Shown: positions 18,495-27,638, counted from the stretch's first letter. The stretch: DNA of 64,000 nucleotides from Candidatus Woesearchaeota archaeon (GCA_014729675.1 WJJM01000055.1:326-64325), one strand, 5' to 3'. The notes: generated from the sequence alone by a model not told the origin. Program-made: numbers and translations.

Positions 18495-19565
18495 ATGAAA
18501 GGATTAGCTGTTTGTTTTGAAGGTGTAGAAAACATCGCTGCAAAAGAGATAGAAGAGATAATTGGAGTGAAGGCTGAAGCAAAGAAGAATTCTGTTGTCT
18601 TTGAGATCGAGGAGCTAGATGACCTTTGTCTTCTTAGCTATAAGGCTCAGAGTGTGAATAAGATATTGCTCCTGATGGGAAATTTTGAGATCAAGGAGAT
18701 CGAGGAGCTTAAGAAAATTGAAGAGATTGATTTTTCGGATTTTATGGAAGGGAAAAGGTTTGCTGTAAGGACTTTAGTCTTAGATGATCTTAACAGCCAG
18801 GAAGTTGCGAGCGAGACAGGAAGATACATAGATGGAAAGGTGAATCTTGATAGGCCAGATGTTGTGGTGTTCAATCTGATCGTTGAAGGGATGTGCTATA
18901 TAGGCATAGATTTTTCAGGAGACATAAGCAAAAGAGGATACAAGAACTTCAGCCATTATTCTGACCTGAAAGGACCTATAGCTTACAGTTTGCTTCGGAA
19001 AGTTGGTTTTACAGGGAAGGAATCTTTATTGGATCCTTTCTGCAGCAACGGCACTATCGTGCTTGAAGCAGGTTACATGGGCGGAAAGATCCCTATAACT
19101 TATTTTGAGAGAGAAGAATTTCCTTTCTTGAAGTTTATGGACTATGATTTTGAGGAGAAAAAAGAAGTTGAGAAGCTTAAGATATTTGGGATCGATGATC
19201 AGTTAAAGAACATAAGGGCTGCTTCTGCAAATGCGAAGATCGGAGGCATAGACAATGCTGTCGAATTTTCCAAGGCTGAAGTTGACATGGTAGATACACT
19301 GTTCAAGAAAAAAGAGATAGATCTTATAGCTTCTAACCCTCCAAGGCTGAGCAAAAAGGTGGATGAAAAAAGGCTTGAAAGATTGTATAAAGAATTTTTT
19401 CATCAGGCTGAGTATGTTCTTAAGGGGAAGATAGGATTGATATCTGATGAAAGGACTGCTGAATTTTTTAGGAAGATAGGCTCAGAATATTTTAAGGTTG
19501 AAGAAGAGCATGATGTGAAGCAGGGGAAGGAAGTTTTGAAGATTGTTGTTTTTGGGAAAGGTTGA
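18495..19565 (+). CDS. THUMP-domain tRNA (guanine-N2)-methyltransferase, Trm11/Trm14 family
   Basis: DPFCSNGT (DPFCGSG motif I) and SNPPRL (NPP motif IV) after an N-terminal THUMP-like region. Confidence 0.75.
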   Translation: MKGLAVCFEGVENIAAKEIEEIIGVKAEAKKNSVVFEIEELDDLCLLSYKAQSVNKILLLMGNFEIKEIEELKKIEEIDFSDFMEGKRFAVRTLVLDDLNSQEVASETGRYIDGKVNLDRPDVVVFNLIVEGMCYIGIDFSGDISKRGYKNFSHYSDLKGPIAYSLLRKVGFTGKESLLDPFCSNGTIVLEAGYMGGKIPITYFEREEFPFLKFMDYDFEEKKEVEKLKIFGIDDQLKNIRAASANAKIGGIDNAVEFSKAEVDMVDTLFKKKEIDLIASNPPRLSKKVDEKRLERLYKEFFHQAEYVLKGKIGLISDERTAEFFRKIGSEYFKVEEEHDVKQGKEVLKIVVFGKG

Positions 19566-19650
19566 GGTTGATTCTGTGATATATACAAAAATCACAGTTT
19601 CCCTGGGCATGTTATCACAACCTTTTTAAACGCTTAAATGTTCTTTTTTA

Positions 19651-20067
19651 GGGTAGGGGGGAGCTTAACTCACGGTGAATATAAGAAAGGCTTTTAACAG
19701 CCTGTCTTAATGCTGAGGAAAGTCCGCCCACCATCAAAGGCCGCTTCCATAAGGAAGATGGAGAGATCCATGGCTCTGGCTAAGAAACGGAACAGCTTTT
19801 GGATAAGATGAAAATGGTGAAGCTTTGCTGCGAAGCAAGTGAGACCCCATAGATGTTTCCAAAAGTGCTGGTGAAACGGCGAAACCCTGTCGAAAGCCTG
19901 ACTTTCGGAAGGTCCAAGGAACTTTGTTCCTGAGGAGCTGGCTGGTGCAAGTATCGAGGATACGCTAAGTCGAATGTTAAGGAAGGCTGCTTATGGCAGC
20001 GAATGCAAATTATCGTTCGCTTGATCGTAAAGCCTTACAGAAGGCGGCTTATATCTTCCCTACACCT
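19651..20067 (+). ncRNA. rnpB: RNase P RNA
   Basis: P4 hallmarks GAGGAAAGTCCGCCCACC and ACAGAAGGCGGCTTAT. The 5' GTAGGGGGG pairs with the 3' CTTCCCTAC (P1). No ORF in the region. Confidence 0.8.
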
Positions 20068-20114
20068 TTTAATAACCACAATATTTTTAAATGAGATTGT
20101 AATGATGATAGAAA

Positions 20115-20288
20115 ATGGCAAACAATAAGATACAGATGCCCAGTTCCATGGGCGGACTTATAAGATATTTTGACGAATATAAGAGCAAGCTTACATTTAA
20201 ACCAGGGCACGTCATAGTGCTTTGCGTCGTAGTGATGATGCTGATAATTCTTCTTCATATATACGGCCCGGCGGTGTTAGGTCGATAA
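20115..20288 (+). CDS. secG: preprotein translocase subunit Sec61beta (SecG), 57 aa; missed by the ORF track
   Basis: MANNKIQMPSSMGGLIRYFDEYKSKLTFKPGHVIVLCVVVMMLIILLHIYGPAVLGR. The GLIRYFDE motif followed by a C-terminal TM is typical of archaeal Sec61beta. Confidence 0.7.
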   Translation: MANNKIQMPSSMGGLIRYFDEYKSKLTFKPGHVIVLCVVVMMLIILLHIYGPAVLGR

Positions 20289-20289
20289 G

Positions 20290-20631
20290 ATGATGCCCGG
20301 AATGAATCCCAAGATGATGAAGCAGGCCATGAAAAAGATGGGCATGCAACAAGAAGACATAGATGCTGTTGAAGTCATAATCAAATGTCCGGACAAGGAG
20401 CTGGTCATCACTGATCCCACTGTGGCTAAAGTCAAGGCTATGGGAACAGAGCAGATAACTGTGAGCGGAGAGATTACTGAAAGGGAATTATCTTCAGAGC
20501 CTGAGATAAGCGAAGAAGACATAAATACAGTTGTTGAGCAGACAGGAGCTTCTGAAGAAGAGGCTGAAAAAGCATTGGAAGAAGTGGAAGGAGACATCGC
20601 TGCAGCCATAATCAACCTTAAGAGCGAGTGA
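20290..20631 (+). CDS. nac: nascent polypeptide-associated complex protein (NAC alpha, NAC + UBA domains)
   Basis: MGM...DAVEVIIKCPDKELVI NAC domain plus a C-terminal UBA-like EEEAEKALEEVEGDIAAAIINL. Confidence 0.8.
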   Translation: MMPGMNPKMMKQAMKKMGMQQEDIDAVEVIIKCPDKELVITDPTVAKVKAMGTEQITVSGEITERELSSEPEISEEDINTVVEQTGASEEEAEKALEEVEGDIAAAIINLKSE

Positions 20632-20686
20632 TTCTTATATTGTTTTTAGCACAAGATTTTTATATGCTTAGAGCTATTATCGGGGT

Positions 20687-21172
20687 ATGGAACAGTTCCA
20701 GTCAGCAAGAGAGGATGCGAAGAAGAATATAAAGCTGGCAGACCATATGATCACTATTACATATCCCCTTATAAAGGATTCGAAGCTTCTATTGGCTGTG
20801 ATGGAGAATCTTTTTCTTGCATATACGAACGCTATGAATTCTATACTGTATTATGACCGACTTTTCAAGAGGATACCTGCATTTCCAGACACTTTTGAAT
20901 GTAAGCTGAGGATGTTCAGGCAGAAATGCATGTTAAAACACAACCTTTCAAAGAATTTTGCCAATGAGATACAGGAGATAAAGGAAATAATGGAAGAGCA
21001 CAGGAAAAGTCCAGTAGAGTTCAGCAGGAAGGACAAGTTTGTAATATGCTCTGACAACTACAATATGAGGTCCTTAAGCCCTGGAGACATAAGAAGATAC
21101 ATAGAGAAAGCAAAACTTTTTATACAAGCCATGGATAATATAGTGGGTAAGAATGACAGATTATTTAGATAA
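20687..21172 (+). CDS. hypothetical protein, paralog 1 of a tandem pair upstream of minD
   Basis: Shares the N-terminal pattern K.aDHm..ityPli.dskLLlaVMENlflaytNaMnsiL with the next ORF. Confidence 0.5.
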   Translation: MEQFQSAREDAKKNIKLADHMITITYPLIKDSKLLLAVMENLFLAYTNAMNSILYYDRLFKRIPAFPDTFECKLRMFRQKCMLKHNLSKNFANEIQEIKEIMEEHRKSPVEFSRKDKFVICSDNYNMRSLSPGDIRRYIEKAKLFIQAMDNIVGKNDRLFR

Positions 21173-21602
21173 TGCCAAGGATGAGATGAAAAGAGTGGAT
21201 CACCTTCTTTTTGTAAGCCTGAAATATACAAGGACAGTTGACGTAATAATAAGCGTTATGGAGAGGATGATCAGCTGTATAGACAACTGCATGGATGCTC
21301 TTCTTGAAAAGGTTAAAAGAAGAAGAAAGACACTGGAAGTGCCTACAACTCCAAGACAGAAAGCAGATCTTGTGAGAGATATATTTTCAGATGATGAGAT
21401 TATAACAAGCATGATGGATTTTTATCTTCATCTAAGAAATCTAGTGCAGGCAAAATACACAAAAAGAGAGGAATACAGAAGACACGTTACTATGATCGCT
21501 GAGGTAAAAGGAAGAACAGTGGAAGTGGAGATAGATGACCTTAATGAGTTCTATCTTAAACTGAAAGATTTTCTTGAATACATCCAAAGGGAGAAATTAT
21601 GA
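21153..21602 (+). CDS. hypothetical protein, paralog 2 (overlaps the previous gene by 20 nt and minD by 4 nt)
   Basis: KRVDHLLFVSLKYTRTVDVIISVMERMISCIDNCMDALL parallels paralog 1; REEYRRH is a possible R-x5-H motif. Confidence 0.5.
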   Translation: MTDYLDNAKDEMKRVDHLLFVSLKYTRTVDVIISVMERMISCIDNCMDALLEKVKRRRKTLEVPTTPRQKADLVRDIFSDDEIITSMMDFYLHLRNLVQAKYTKREEYRRHVTMIAEVKGRTVEVEIDDLNEFYLKLKDFLEYIQREKL

Positions 21603-22345
21603 CCAAGTTTATCGCTGTAACAGGGGGAAAAGGCGGAGTAGGAAAGACTACAACTGCATTGAATCTAGGTACAGCCCTTAATGGATTTGGAAGAGATGTG
21701 ATAGTTCTTGACGGCAACCTGAACAATCCGGATATAGGCCTCCATCTTGGGCATTCCAATGTTGAAGTTACTTTTCATGATGCATTGTCGGGAGATGCAG
21801 ATATAAGGGATGCAATATACAGGCATACTTCAGGCGTGAGGGTCATCCCCGGAGACATAAGAGGCAGGAAAGTCAAGGTCAAAGGGATGGACAAGATATG
21901 CAAAAGGCTTGAAGGCATCAGCGAAGTAGTGGTTATGGACTGTCCTGCAGACATGGGTCTGAGCAAATATGCTGAAGAGGCTCTTGTTGTGGCTGTTCCT
22001 GAGACAACATCAGTTACTGCTGCGATGAGGACGATAAAAAAGCTTGAAGATAAGAACATAACTGTATTGGGAGTTGTACTCAATAGGGTCAATGGAGACG
22101 AGCATGAGATGTCTGTAGACAATGTCGAAGCATTATTAGAAAAGCCAGTTATAGGAGTAATACCTGAGAGCGATGATGTCAGGGAATCACAGTCTATAAA
22201 ATATCCTGTTGCATATTCTCATGCTGATTCAGAAGCCACTACAGGATTTAAGTCCTTGGCTGCACACCTTATAGGAGAAAGATACAATATCAAAAGCGAG
22301 AAAGGGATATATAATTCTTTTCTTAGAAAGATGGGCTATAAATGA
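21599..22345 (+). CDS. minD: MinD/ParA-family P-loop ATPase (archaeal MinD-like)
   Basis: Deviant Walker A GGKGGVGKTTTA; ~250 aa. Confidence 0.85.
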   Translation: MTKFIAVTGGKGGVGKTTTALNLGTALNGFGRDVIVLDGNLNNPDIGLHLGHSNVEVTFHDALSGDADIRDAIYRHTSGVRVIPGDIRGRKVKVKGMDKICKRLEGISEVVVMDCPADMGLSKYAEEALVVAVPETTSVTAAMRTIKKLEDKNITVLGVVLNRVNGDEHEMSVDNVEALLEKPVIGVIPESDDVRESQSIKYPVAYSHADSEATTGFKSLAAHLIGERYNIKSEKGIYNSFLRKMGYK

Positions 22346-22842
22346 ATGACCTCAGGAAAAAGTGGAGCGAGAAAGAGATTTCTGAAGCCAAGAAGATAAT
22401 AGATTCAAGACATCTTAAAGATAAGAGCAGGTCACTGGCTCACATGAACAAGGTGATATACTGGACAGTCCTCCTTGTTATGATCATAGGGAATTTTATA
22501 GTTTCAATGGCATTGATACCTTTCCTGCTGCTGATAGATAAGCTTACATTAAATGTTGTGATAGTCTTTATAGGGCTTGGGATGGGGTTGCTGTTCAATC
22601 TTCTGATAAATGATATAGAGCATATTGATGAGAAGCATCATTATATTGCAGCAATAATGCTTCCTTTGTTAGCTGTTGTTAATTTTTTCCTTATGATGGA
22701 AGTTTCTGAATATATAGGAAACAAATTGGAGCTGCCAGTAGTGAGAGAAAGTGCATTGTTGATAGGATTGCTATATGCTGCTGCATTCCTGCTGCCTTAT
22801 CTTAGAAATGTTTTCTTTAGCGGCAAGCTTAAGTATAAATGA
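22342..22842 (+). CDS. membrane protein (about 4 TM), last gene of the minD operon
   Basis: 4-nt overlap with the minD stop; hydrophobic segments. Confidence 0.55.
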   Translation: MNDLRKKWSEKEISEAKKIIDSRHLKDKSRSLAHMNKVIYWTVLLVMIIGNFIVSMALIPFLLLIDKLTLNVVIVFIGLGMGLLFNLLINDIEHIDEKHHYIAAIMLPLLAVVNFFLMMEVSEYIGNKLELPVVRESALLIGLLYAAAFLLPYLRNVFFSGKLKYK

Positions 22843-22886
22843 TAGTTTTAAAATTGCTCTGCAATTAATATTCAAAAATAATAATC

Positions 22887-23020
22887 TCTAAGTCAGATAA
22901 ACTGCCTTGCGATTAAGATTATTCAATAATAATAATCTATAGGTCAACAAGTTGTCTGAAATCAGGATTTTCAATCTTAATCTCTAAGTAAGCATAGCCG
23001 CCTTGCAATTATTATCTAAT
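22887..23020. repeat. dispersed intergenic repeat, A-type, two tandem degenerate copies (aataataatctctaagt.ag...gccttgc.att)
   Basis: Similar to 54237-54300. Confidence 0.6.
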
Positions 23021-23189
23021 AATAATTTATAATGCTCGCTTTGCTCGCTACTATACCCAAAGAAGACTGCCTATCGGCAGTTAGCTCCTCCCCTTTTGGT
23101 GCAGAATTATCTTTCTTTTTCCCACCCAAGTTTTAGTGCTCTGTGCTTCACTAAGATTGGATTTAGTGTAAGTCGTTAATTTCTGGCTT

Positions 23190-23285
23190 CGATTAAACTA
23201 ACTGAGCAGTCAGATTATCTGCGGAGTGAGACTGTACACAAGCGCAGCGAGTGCCATGGATGGGATCAAATATCTTTAAGCTTAA
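23190..23285. repeat. dispersed intergenic repeat, B-type, inverted relative to the copy at 54300-54385
   Basis: The reverse complement tccatggcactcgctgcgcttgtgtacagtctcactccgcagataatctgactgctcagttagtttaatcgaagcc aligns with 54301 ctatggcactcacagcttcgctgttcgtgcacagtctctcacttcagataatctgactgctaagttcgttcaatctaagcc. Confidence 0.7.
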
Positions 23286-23368
23286 ATCCGGCATATTTTT
23301 TATTATTATGCAGAAATCTTTTTCTGAAAAGTAAGTTTTATAAGTTATCAGTTAATTCTTTGGCCCAT

Positions 23369-23445
23369 GGTGGCTGTGGTGTAGTCCGGCAGCACATAAG
23401 ACTGTGGATCTTATAGCCCGGGTTCAAATCCCGGCAGCCACCCCA
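23369..23445 (+). tRNA. tRNA-His (GTG) with G-1 and an encoded CCA
   Basis: Acceptor GTGGCTG/CAGCCAC, extra 5' G paired to discriminator C, anticodon loop CTGTGGA, T-loop TTCAAAT, then CCA. Confidence 0.8.
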
Positions 23446-23593
23446 TCTAAATCAAAAATAATAATAGTTTTTGGAGGTCTGGAATCTTTAGATTTCCAAA
23501 ACCTTTATAAACAACCTATTGATATTCAGTGTAAAAAGCCCGAGTTCATTTGAGCGCAGAGGGTTCAGATGATTTAATTCTCTGGCTTTTACT

Positions 23594-24085
23594 ATGCATA
23601 AAATGACAGAAAACAAAGAAAATAAAGATTATAGGCATCTGGTAAGGGTAGCCAACACAGATATAGAAGGAACAAGACCCATAGGCTATGGCCTTAGGAA
23701 GATAAAAGGAGTAGGATTTCATCTTGCTGATTCTGTGTGCAATATAAACGGGATAGACAAGAACAAGAAAGCAGGAGACCTTACAGATGAGGAAGTCAAA
23801 AAACTGGATGATGCTGTAAAGAACCCAAGAAAATACAACATCCCTGTTTGGATGGTGAACAGGAGGAAAGATCCTGAGTCAGGAGAAGATAAGCACCTGA
23901 TAATGGGGGACATGGATTTTGTCCAGGATAACGATATAAAACTGATGAAGAAGATCAAAAGCTACAGAGGAATAAGGCACATGTCTGGGTTGCCTGTTAG
24001 GGGGCAGCGGACAAAGGCTAATTTCAGGAAGAGTAAGGGAAAAGTGACAGGAGTAAAGAAAAAAGGAAAGAAAGGAAAGGTATAA
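23594..24085 (+). CDS. rps13: 30S ribosomal protein S13
   Basis: Archaeal S13 family; start of the conserved S13-S4-S11-RpoD cluster. Confidence 0.9.
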   Translation: MHKMTENKENKDYRHLVRVANTDIEGTRPIGYGLRKIKGVGFHLADSVCNINGIDKNKKAGDLTDEEVKKLDDAVKNPRKYNIPVWMVNRRKDPESGEDKHLIMGDMDFVQDNDIKLMKKIKSYRGIRHMSGLPVRGQRTKANFRKSKGKVTGVKKKGKKGKV

Positions 24086-24086
24086 A

Positions 24087-24767
24087 ATGGGAGACCCTAA
24101 AAGAAGAAGAAAAAGATATAACACGCCTGTAAGCCCATGGGAAGGGGAAAGGATAGAAGAAGAGAAACAGTTGACTAAGGAATATGGGTTTAAGAACAAG
24201 GAAGAGATATGGAAGATGGATTCCATACTTAAGAACTTTTTTCTGCAGGCGAAAAAACTCATAGCAGAAGATCAGGAAAAGGAGAGAGGGCAACTGATCA
24301 ACAGGCTAAAGCATCTTGGGCTTATCTCAGGAGCAGCAGATACAGATGACATACTTAACTTAAAACTTAAAGATATACTTGAAAGGAGGCTGCAGACACT
24401 TGTAGTAAGAAAAGACAAAGCAAGAAGCATGAAGCAGGCAAGGCAGTTTATCACACATGGACACATAACTGCAGGAGGAAAGAAGATAACCTCTCCTGGT
24501 GCATTGATAGCAAAAGATATTGAAGATTCTATAGAATTTGTACAGAAATCATCTTTGGCAAACCCTGAGCATCCAGAAAGAGCCGTTCCTGAGGAAGAGG
24601 AAAAGCTTCCTAAGAAGCCGAAGAAGACAGAAAAGAAAGAAGACAAGAAAGAAGCTCCAAAAGCAGAGAAAACAGAAAAGAAAGAAAAACCTGCTGAAAA
24701 TAAAGAAGATAAAAAAGAAGCCTCTGAATCTGAAGATAAAAAGGAAAATAAAGAAGATAAAAAATGA
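24087..24767 (+). CDS. rps4: 30S ribosomal protein S4 with a long C-terminal K/E-rich tail
   Basis: S4 domain ([27 protein letters not shown]); tail [20 protein letters not shown]... Confidence 0.9.
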   Translation: MGDPKRRRKRYNTPVSPWEGERIEEEKQLTKEYGFKNKEEIWKMDSILKNFFLQAKKLIAEDQEKERGQLINRLKHLGLISGAADTDDILNLKLKDILERRLQTLVVRKDKARSMKQARQFITHGHITAGGKKITSPGALIAKDIEDSIEFVQKSSLANPEHPERAVPEEEEKLPKKPKKTEKKEDKKEAPKAEKTEKKEKPAENKEDKKEASESEDKKENKEDKK

Positions 24768-25189
24768 GAAGAGATAATCCAAGGCCGGACACAAGAAGAG
24801 GAAATCTAAGATGGGGAATAGCTTACATCTACAGCAGCTATAATAATACCATAATCCATATAACTGATATCACAGGAACTGAGACTATCGGAAGAGCAAG
24901 CGGAGGGCAAATGGTAAAAGCAGACAGGCTTGAAAGCTCCCCTACTGCTGCGATGAATGCTGCAAAAAAGGTTGCAGAGATAGCGAAAGACAAAGGCATA
25001 AATGGAATACATGTAAAGATAAGAGCACCTGGAGGACACAACGGACCGATGAATCCAGGACCTGGAGCACAGGCTGCAGTAAGAGCATTAAGCAGGATGG
25101 GACTCAAGATAGGGATAATCGAGGATACAACACCTATACCTCATGGAGGCTGCAGGCCGAAAGGAGGAAGAAGGGGGAGAAGAGTATAA
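24764..25189 (+). CDS. rps11: 30S ribosomal protein S11
   Basis: [32 protein letters not shown] matches the S11 signature. Confidence 0.9.
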   Translation: MRRDNPRPDTRRGNLRWGIAYIYSSYNNTIIHITDITGTETIGRASGGQMVKADRLESSPTAAMNAAKKVAEIAKDKGINGIHVKIRAPGGHNGPMNPGPGAQAAVRALSRMGLKIGIIEDTTPIPHGGCRPKGGRRGRRV

Positions 25190-25190
25190 G

Positions 25191-25970
25191 ATGAAGATCG
25201 AGACCATAAACCAGGACAAGGAAAAGAACAGGATACAGTTCATAGTAAAAGACAGTTCAGCTTATTTTGTAAATACACTGAGAAGAGTTTTTATGGAAGA
25301 GGTGCCTGTCATGGCTATAGAAGACGTAGAGTTCAGGGACAATTCCTCTGCACTATATGATGAGATGATCGCATTGAGGCTGGGCTTATTGCCTATAACA
25401 ACTGACCTGAAAAGCTATAATATCCCTGAAGAATGCACATGCAAGGGGAAAGGATGCAGCAAATGCACACTAAAACTTATATTAAGCGTGAAGAAATCAG
25501 GGATTGTCTATGCAAAAGACCTTAAAAGCAAAGATCCCAAATGCAAGCCAGTATTTCCAGATACGCCAATAGTCAAGCTGCTGAAAGGACAGAGCCTTGA
25601 GCTTGAAGCGACAGCTGTGTTGGGAAAAGGCAAAGAGCATGCAAAATGGAATCCTGGATTGTTCTTCTATCAGCAATATCCAAATATAGAGATAAGCAAA
25701 GAAGGAGAACAATGCGAAGAAGCAGCTATAAAATGCCCTGTAGATGTATATCAGTTCAAAGATGGAAGGCTGAACATAGTAAACCAGAACAACTGTCACC
25801 TGTGCCAGGCTTGTACAGAAGCATGCTCTGGAATAAAAGTCAAAGGGAGTGACAAAGATTTTATATTTACAATAGAGAGCTGGGGACAGCTTGAGCCAAA
25901 AGATATAGTAAAAACAGGAGTTGAAGAGTTCAACAAGAAGCTTGATGAGTTTACAAAGCTCCTCAAGTAG
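25191..25970 (+). CDS. rpoD: DNA-directed RNA polymerase subunit D (Rpo3) with a Cys-rich insert
   Basis: MKIETI start with an RBS. RpoD follows S11, as is usual in archaea. Cys clusters CTCKGKGCSKC and CHLCQACTEAC are present. Confidence 0.85.
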   Translation: MKIETINQDKEKNRIQFIVKDSSAYFVNTLRRVFMEEVPVMAIEDVEFRDNSSALYDEMIALRLGLLPITTDLKSYNIPEECTCKGKGCSKCTLKLILSVKKSGIVYAKDLKSKDPKCKPVFPDTPIVKLLKGQSLELEATAVLGKGKEHAKWNPGLFFYQQYPNIEISKEGEQCEEAAIKCPVDVYQFKDGRLNIVNQNNCHLCQACTEACSGIKVKGSDKDFIFTIESWGQLEPKDIVKTGVEEFNKKLDEFTKLLK

Positions 25971-25995
25971 GCATTCTTGCCCGATAAATTTCATT

Positions 25996-26127
25996 GCGAG
26001 GATGCCGGAGTGGCCAATTGCGTGCTGTTCAACAGCACCAGACCAAACGGGCTAGGTTGAGGTTGTTGAAAAACATCAGAAGCCTAGTAGCTTAGTGCTT
26101 GCGCGGGTTCGAAACCCGTTCCTCGCA
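25996..26127 (+). tRNA. intron-containing tRNA, probably tRNA-Leu(GAG) with two introns (132 nt)
   Basis: Acceptor GCGAGGA/TCCTCGC with discriminator A; T-arm GCGGG-TTCGAAA-CCCGT; helix ctagg/cctag with loop starting TTGAGG (U33, anticodon GAG, G37); long variable arm; extra 29 nt containing the hairpin GTGCTGttcaaCAGCAC in the D region. Overlaps the ORF-track start of L18e. Confidence 0.5.
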
Positions 26128-26139
26128 TCAAATAAAAAA

Positions 26140-26496
26140 ATGAAAACAGGACCTACAAACAAGGTTTTGAAAGACCTGATACAGGAATTAAGGAAAAAAT
26201 CCAGAGAGAATGACATAAAACTCTGGAAACGTGTAGCTGATGATCTGGAAAAGCCTACAAGGAAGAGAAGGATAGTCAACTTATACAATATAAACCAGAA
26301 TACTAAAGATAATGAGATAGTCATAGTTCCTGGAAAGGTCCTTGCTACAGGGGAGATAGATCATGCAGTCACAGTAGCAGCATTTTCATTTTCAGGCTCT
26401 GCTGAAGACAAGATAAACAGAGTAGGGAAGGCGATACCTATAACTGAACTGATGAAAGAGAGTCCTGCTGGAAAGAAGATAAGGATATTGGGTTAA
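26140..26496 (+). CDS. rpl18e: 50S ribosomal protein L18e
   Basis: Start moved to the internal Met (MKTGPTNKVLKDLIQEL) to clear the tRNA. Confidence 0.8.
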   Translation: MKTGPTNKVLKDLIQELRKKSRENDIKLWKRVADDLEKPTRKRRIVNLYNINQNTKDNEIVIVPGKVLATGEIDHAVTVAAFSFSGSAEDKINRVGKAIPITELMKESPAGKKIRILG

Positions 26497-26497
26497 A

Positions 26498-26911
26498 ATG
26501 ATAATAAACGCAGAAGATGCAATTGTTGGAAGAATGGCGACAGTGGTCGCCAAGAAAGCTTTAGCTGGAGAAGAGATAAATATAGTCAACTGTGAAAAAG
26601 CGATAATCACAGGAAACAAGAGAAGGACAATAGAAAAATACAAGCAAAGGCTGGAAAGAGGGCAGGTCGGAAAAGGTTACTATGTTTTCAGAAAGCCGGA
26701 AATGATAGTAAAAAAGATAATAAGGGGCATGCTTCCATACAAGCAGGAAAAAGGATTGAAAGCCTTTAAAAGAATAAAGTGTTATAAGGGAGTTCCCGAA
26801 GAGTTCAAAGAAGGAAAAATGGAAAAGGTTAAAAATGCTGATATGAGCAGACTTAACAATTATAGTTTTTTGACTGTAGAAAAGCTTTGCAAAGAGTTAG
26901 GAGTAGAATAA
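26498..26911 (+). CDS. rpl13: 50S ribosomal protein L13
   Basis: Position and size in the conserved cluster. Confidence 0.9.
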   Translation: MIINAEDAIVGRMATVVAKKALAGEEINIVNCEKAIITGNKRRTIEKYKQRLERGQVGKGYYVFRKPEMIVKKIIRGMLPYKQEKGLKAFKRIKCYKGVPEEFKEGKMEKVKNADMSRLNNYSFLTVEKLCKELGVE

Positions 26912-26912
26912 G

Positions 26913-27311
26913 ATGCCAAAGATAATAAATTCAAGCGGAAAAAGGAAAAGGGCAATAGCAAGAGCCACACTAAAGCCAGGAAAAGGTATCGTAAAGATAA
27001 ACAACCAGCTTCTCGACACTTATCAGCCTGAGCTTTATAAGATGAGGATACAGGAACCTTTGATACTTGCGGGAGAGGATGCCGGCAAGGTAGATATTAT
27101 AGTAAATATCCATGGCGGAGGCATAGCTTCACAGGCAGATGCTGCAAGGCTTGCTATCGGAAGAGCCTTGGTCAGGCAGTCAAAGAAGCTTGAAAAAATA
27201 TTCCTTAACTATGACAGGCAGCTTCTTGTCGCTGATGTAAGAAGAAAAGAAATGAGAAAGCCTAACAGGCATGGAAAAGCAAGAGCTAAAAGACAGAAAA
27301 GTTACAGGTAA
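26913..27311 (+). CDS. rps9: 30S ribosomal protein S9
   Basis: C-terminal RRKEMRKPNRHGKARAKRQKSYR is the S9 signature. Confidence 0.9.
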   Translation: MPKIINSSGKRKRAIARATLKPGKGIVKINNQLLDTYQPELYKMRIQEPLILAGEDAGKVDIIVNIHGGGIASQADAARLAIGRALVRQSKKLEKIFLNYDRQLLVADVRRKEMRKPNRHGKARAKRQKSYR

Positions 27312-27333
27312 ACAAACAACAGGTGAAATAAAA

Positions 27334-27531
27334 ATGATGATTCCAATAAGATGTTTAAGCTGCGGCAAACCAGTTGCACAGTTATGGGAAGAGTTTAAGG
27401 AAAGATCTGGGGCAGGAGAAGACAAGAAGAAGCTTATGGATGAATTAGGCCTGGAAAGGTATTGTTGCAGGGCATTATTTTTAGGGCATGTGGACCTTAT
27501 AGATACGGCTGCAGAGTTCAAAAAATTCTAG
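27334..27531 (+). CDS. rpoN: DNA-directed RNA polymerase subunit N (Rpo10)
   Basis: MMIPIRCLSCGK...CCR zinc-binding motif; RBS aggtga upstream of the internal Met. Confidence 0.85.
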   Translation: MMIPIRCLSCGKPVAQLWEEFKERSGAGEDKKKLMDELGLERYCCRALFLGHVDLIDTAAEFKKF

Positions 27532-27638
27532 ATATTTTTATATTGATAAATTTTATAAATAAACTGCATTTCTTATCATACTATGGCTGACAATGAAAAA
27601 CAAAAAGTTTTTCAAGCCTACAATCTTAACAAGTCAAA

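Noticed and set aside
24538-24794. Several K-rich or F-rich ORFs on both strands
   Set aside because: They are alternative-frame translations of the low-complexity AAG/GAA-rich tail of rps4.
26095-26139. ORF-track start of rpl18e (MLARVRNPFLASNKK...)
   Set aside because: These codons are the 3' exon and T-arm of the upstream tRNA. The start was moved to Met at 26140.
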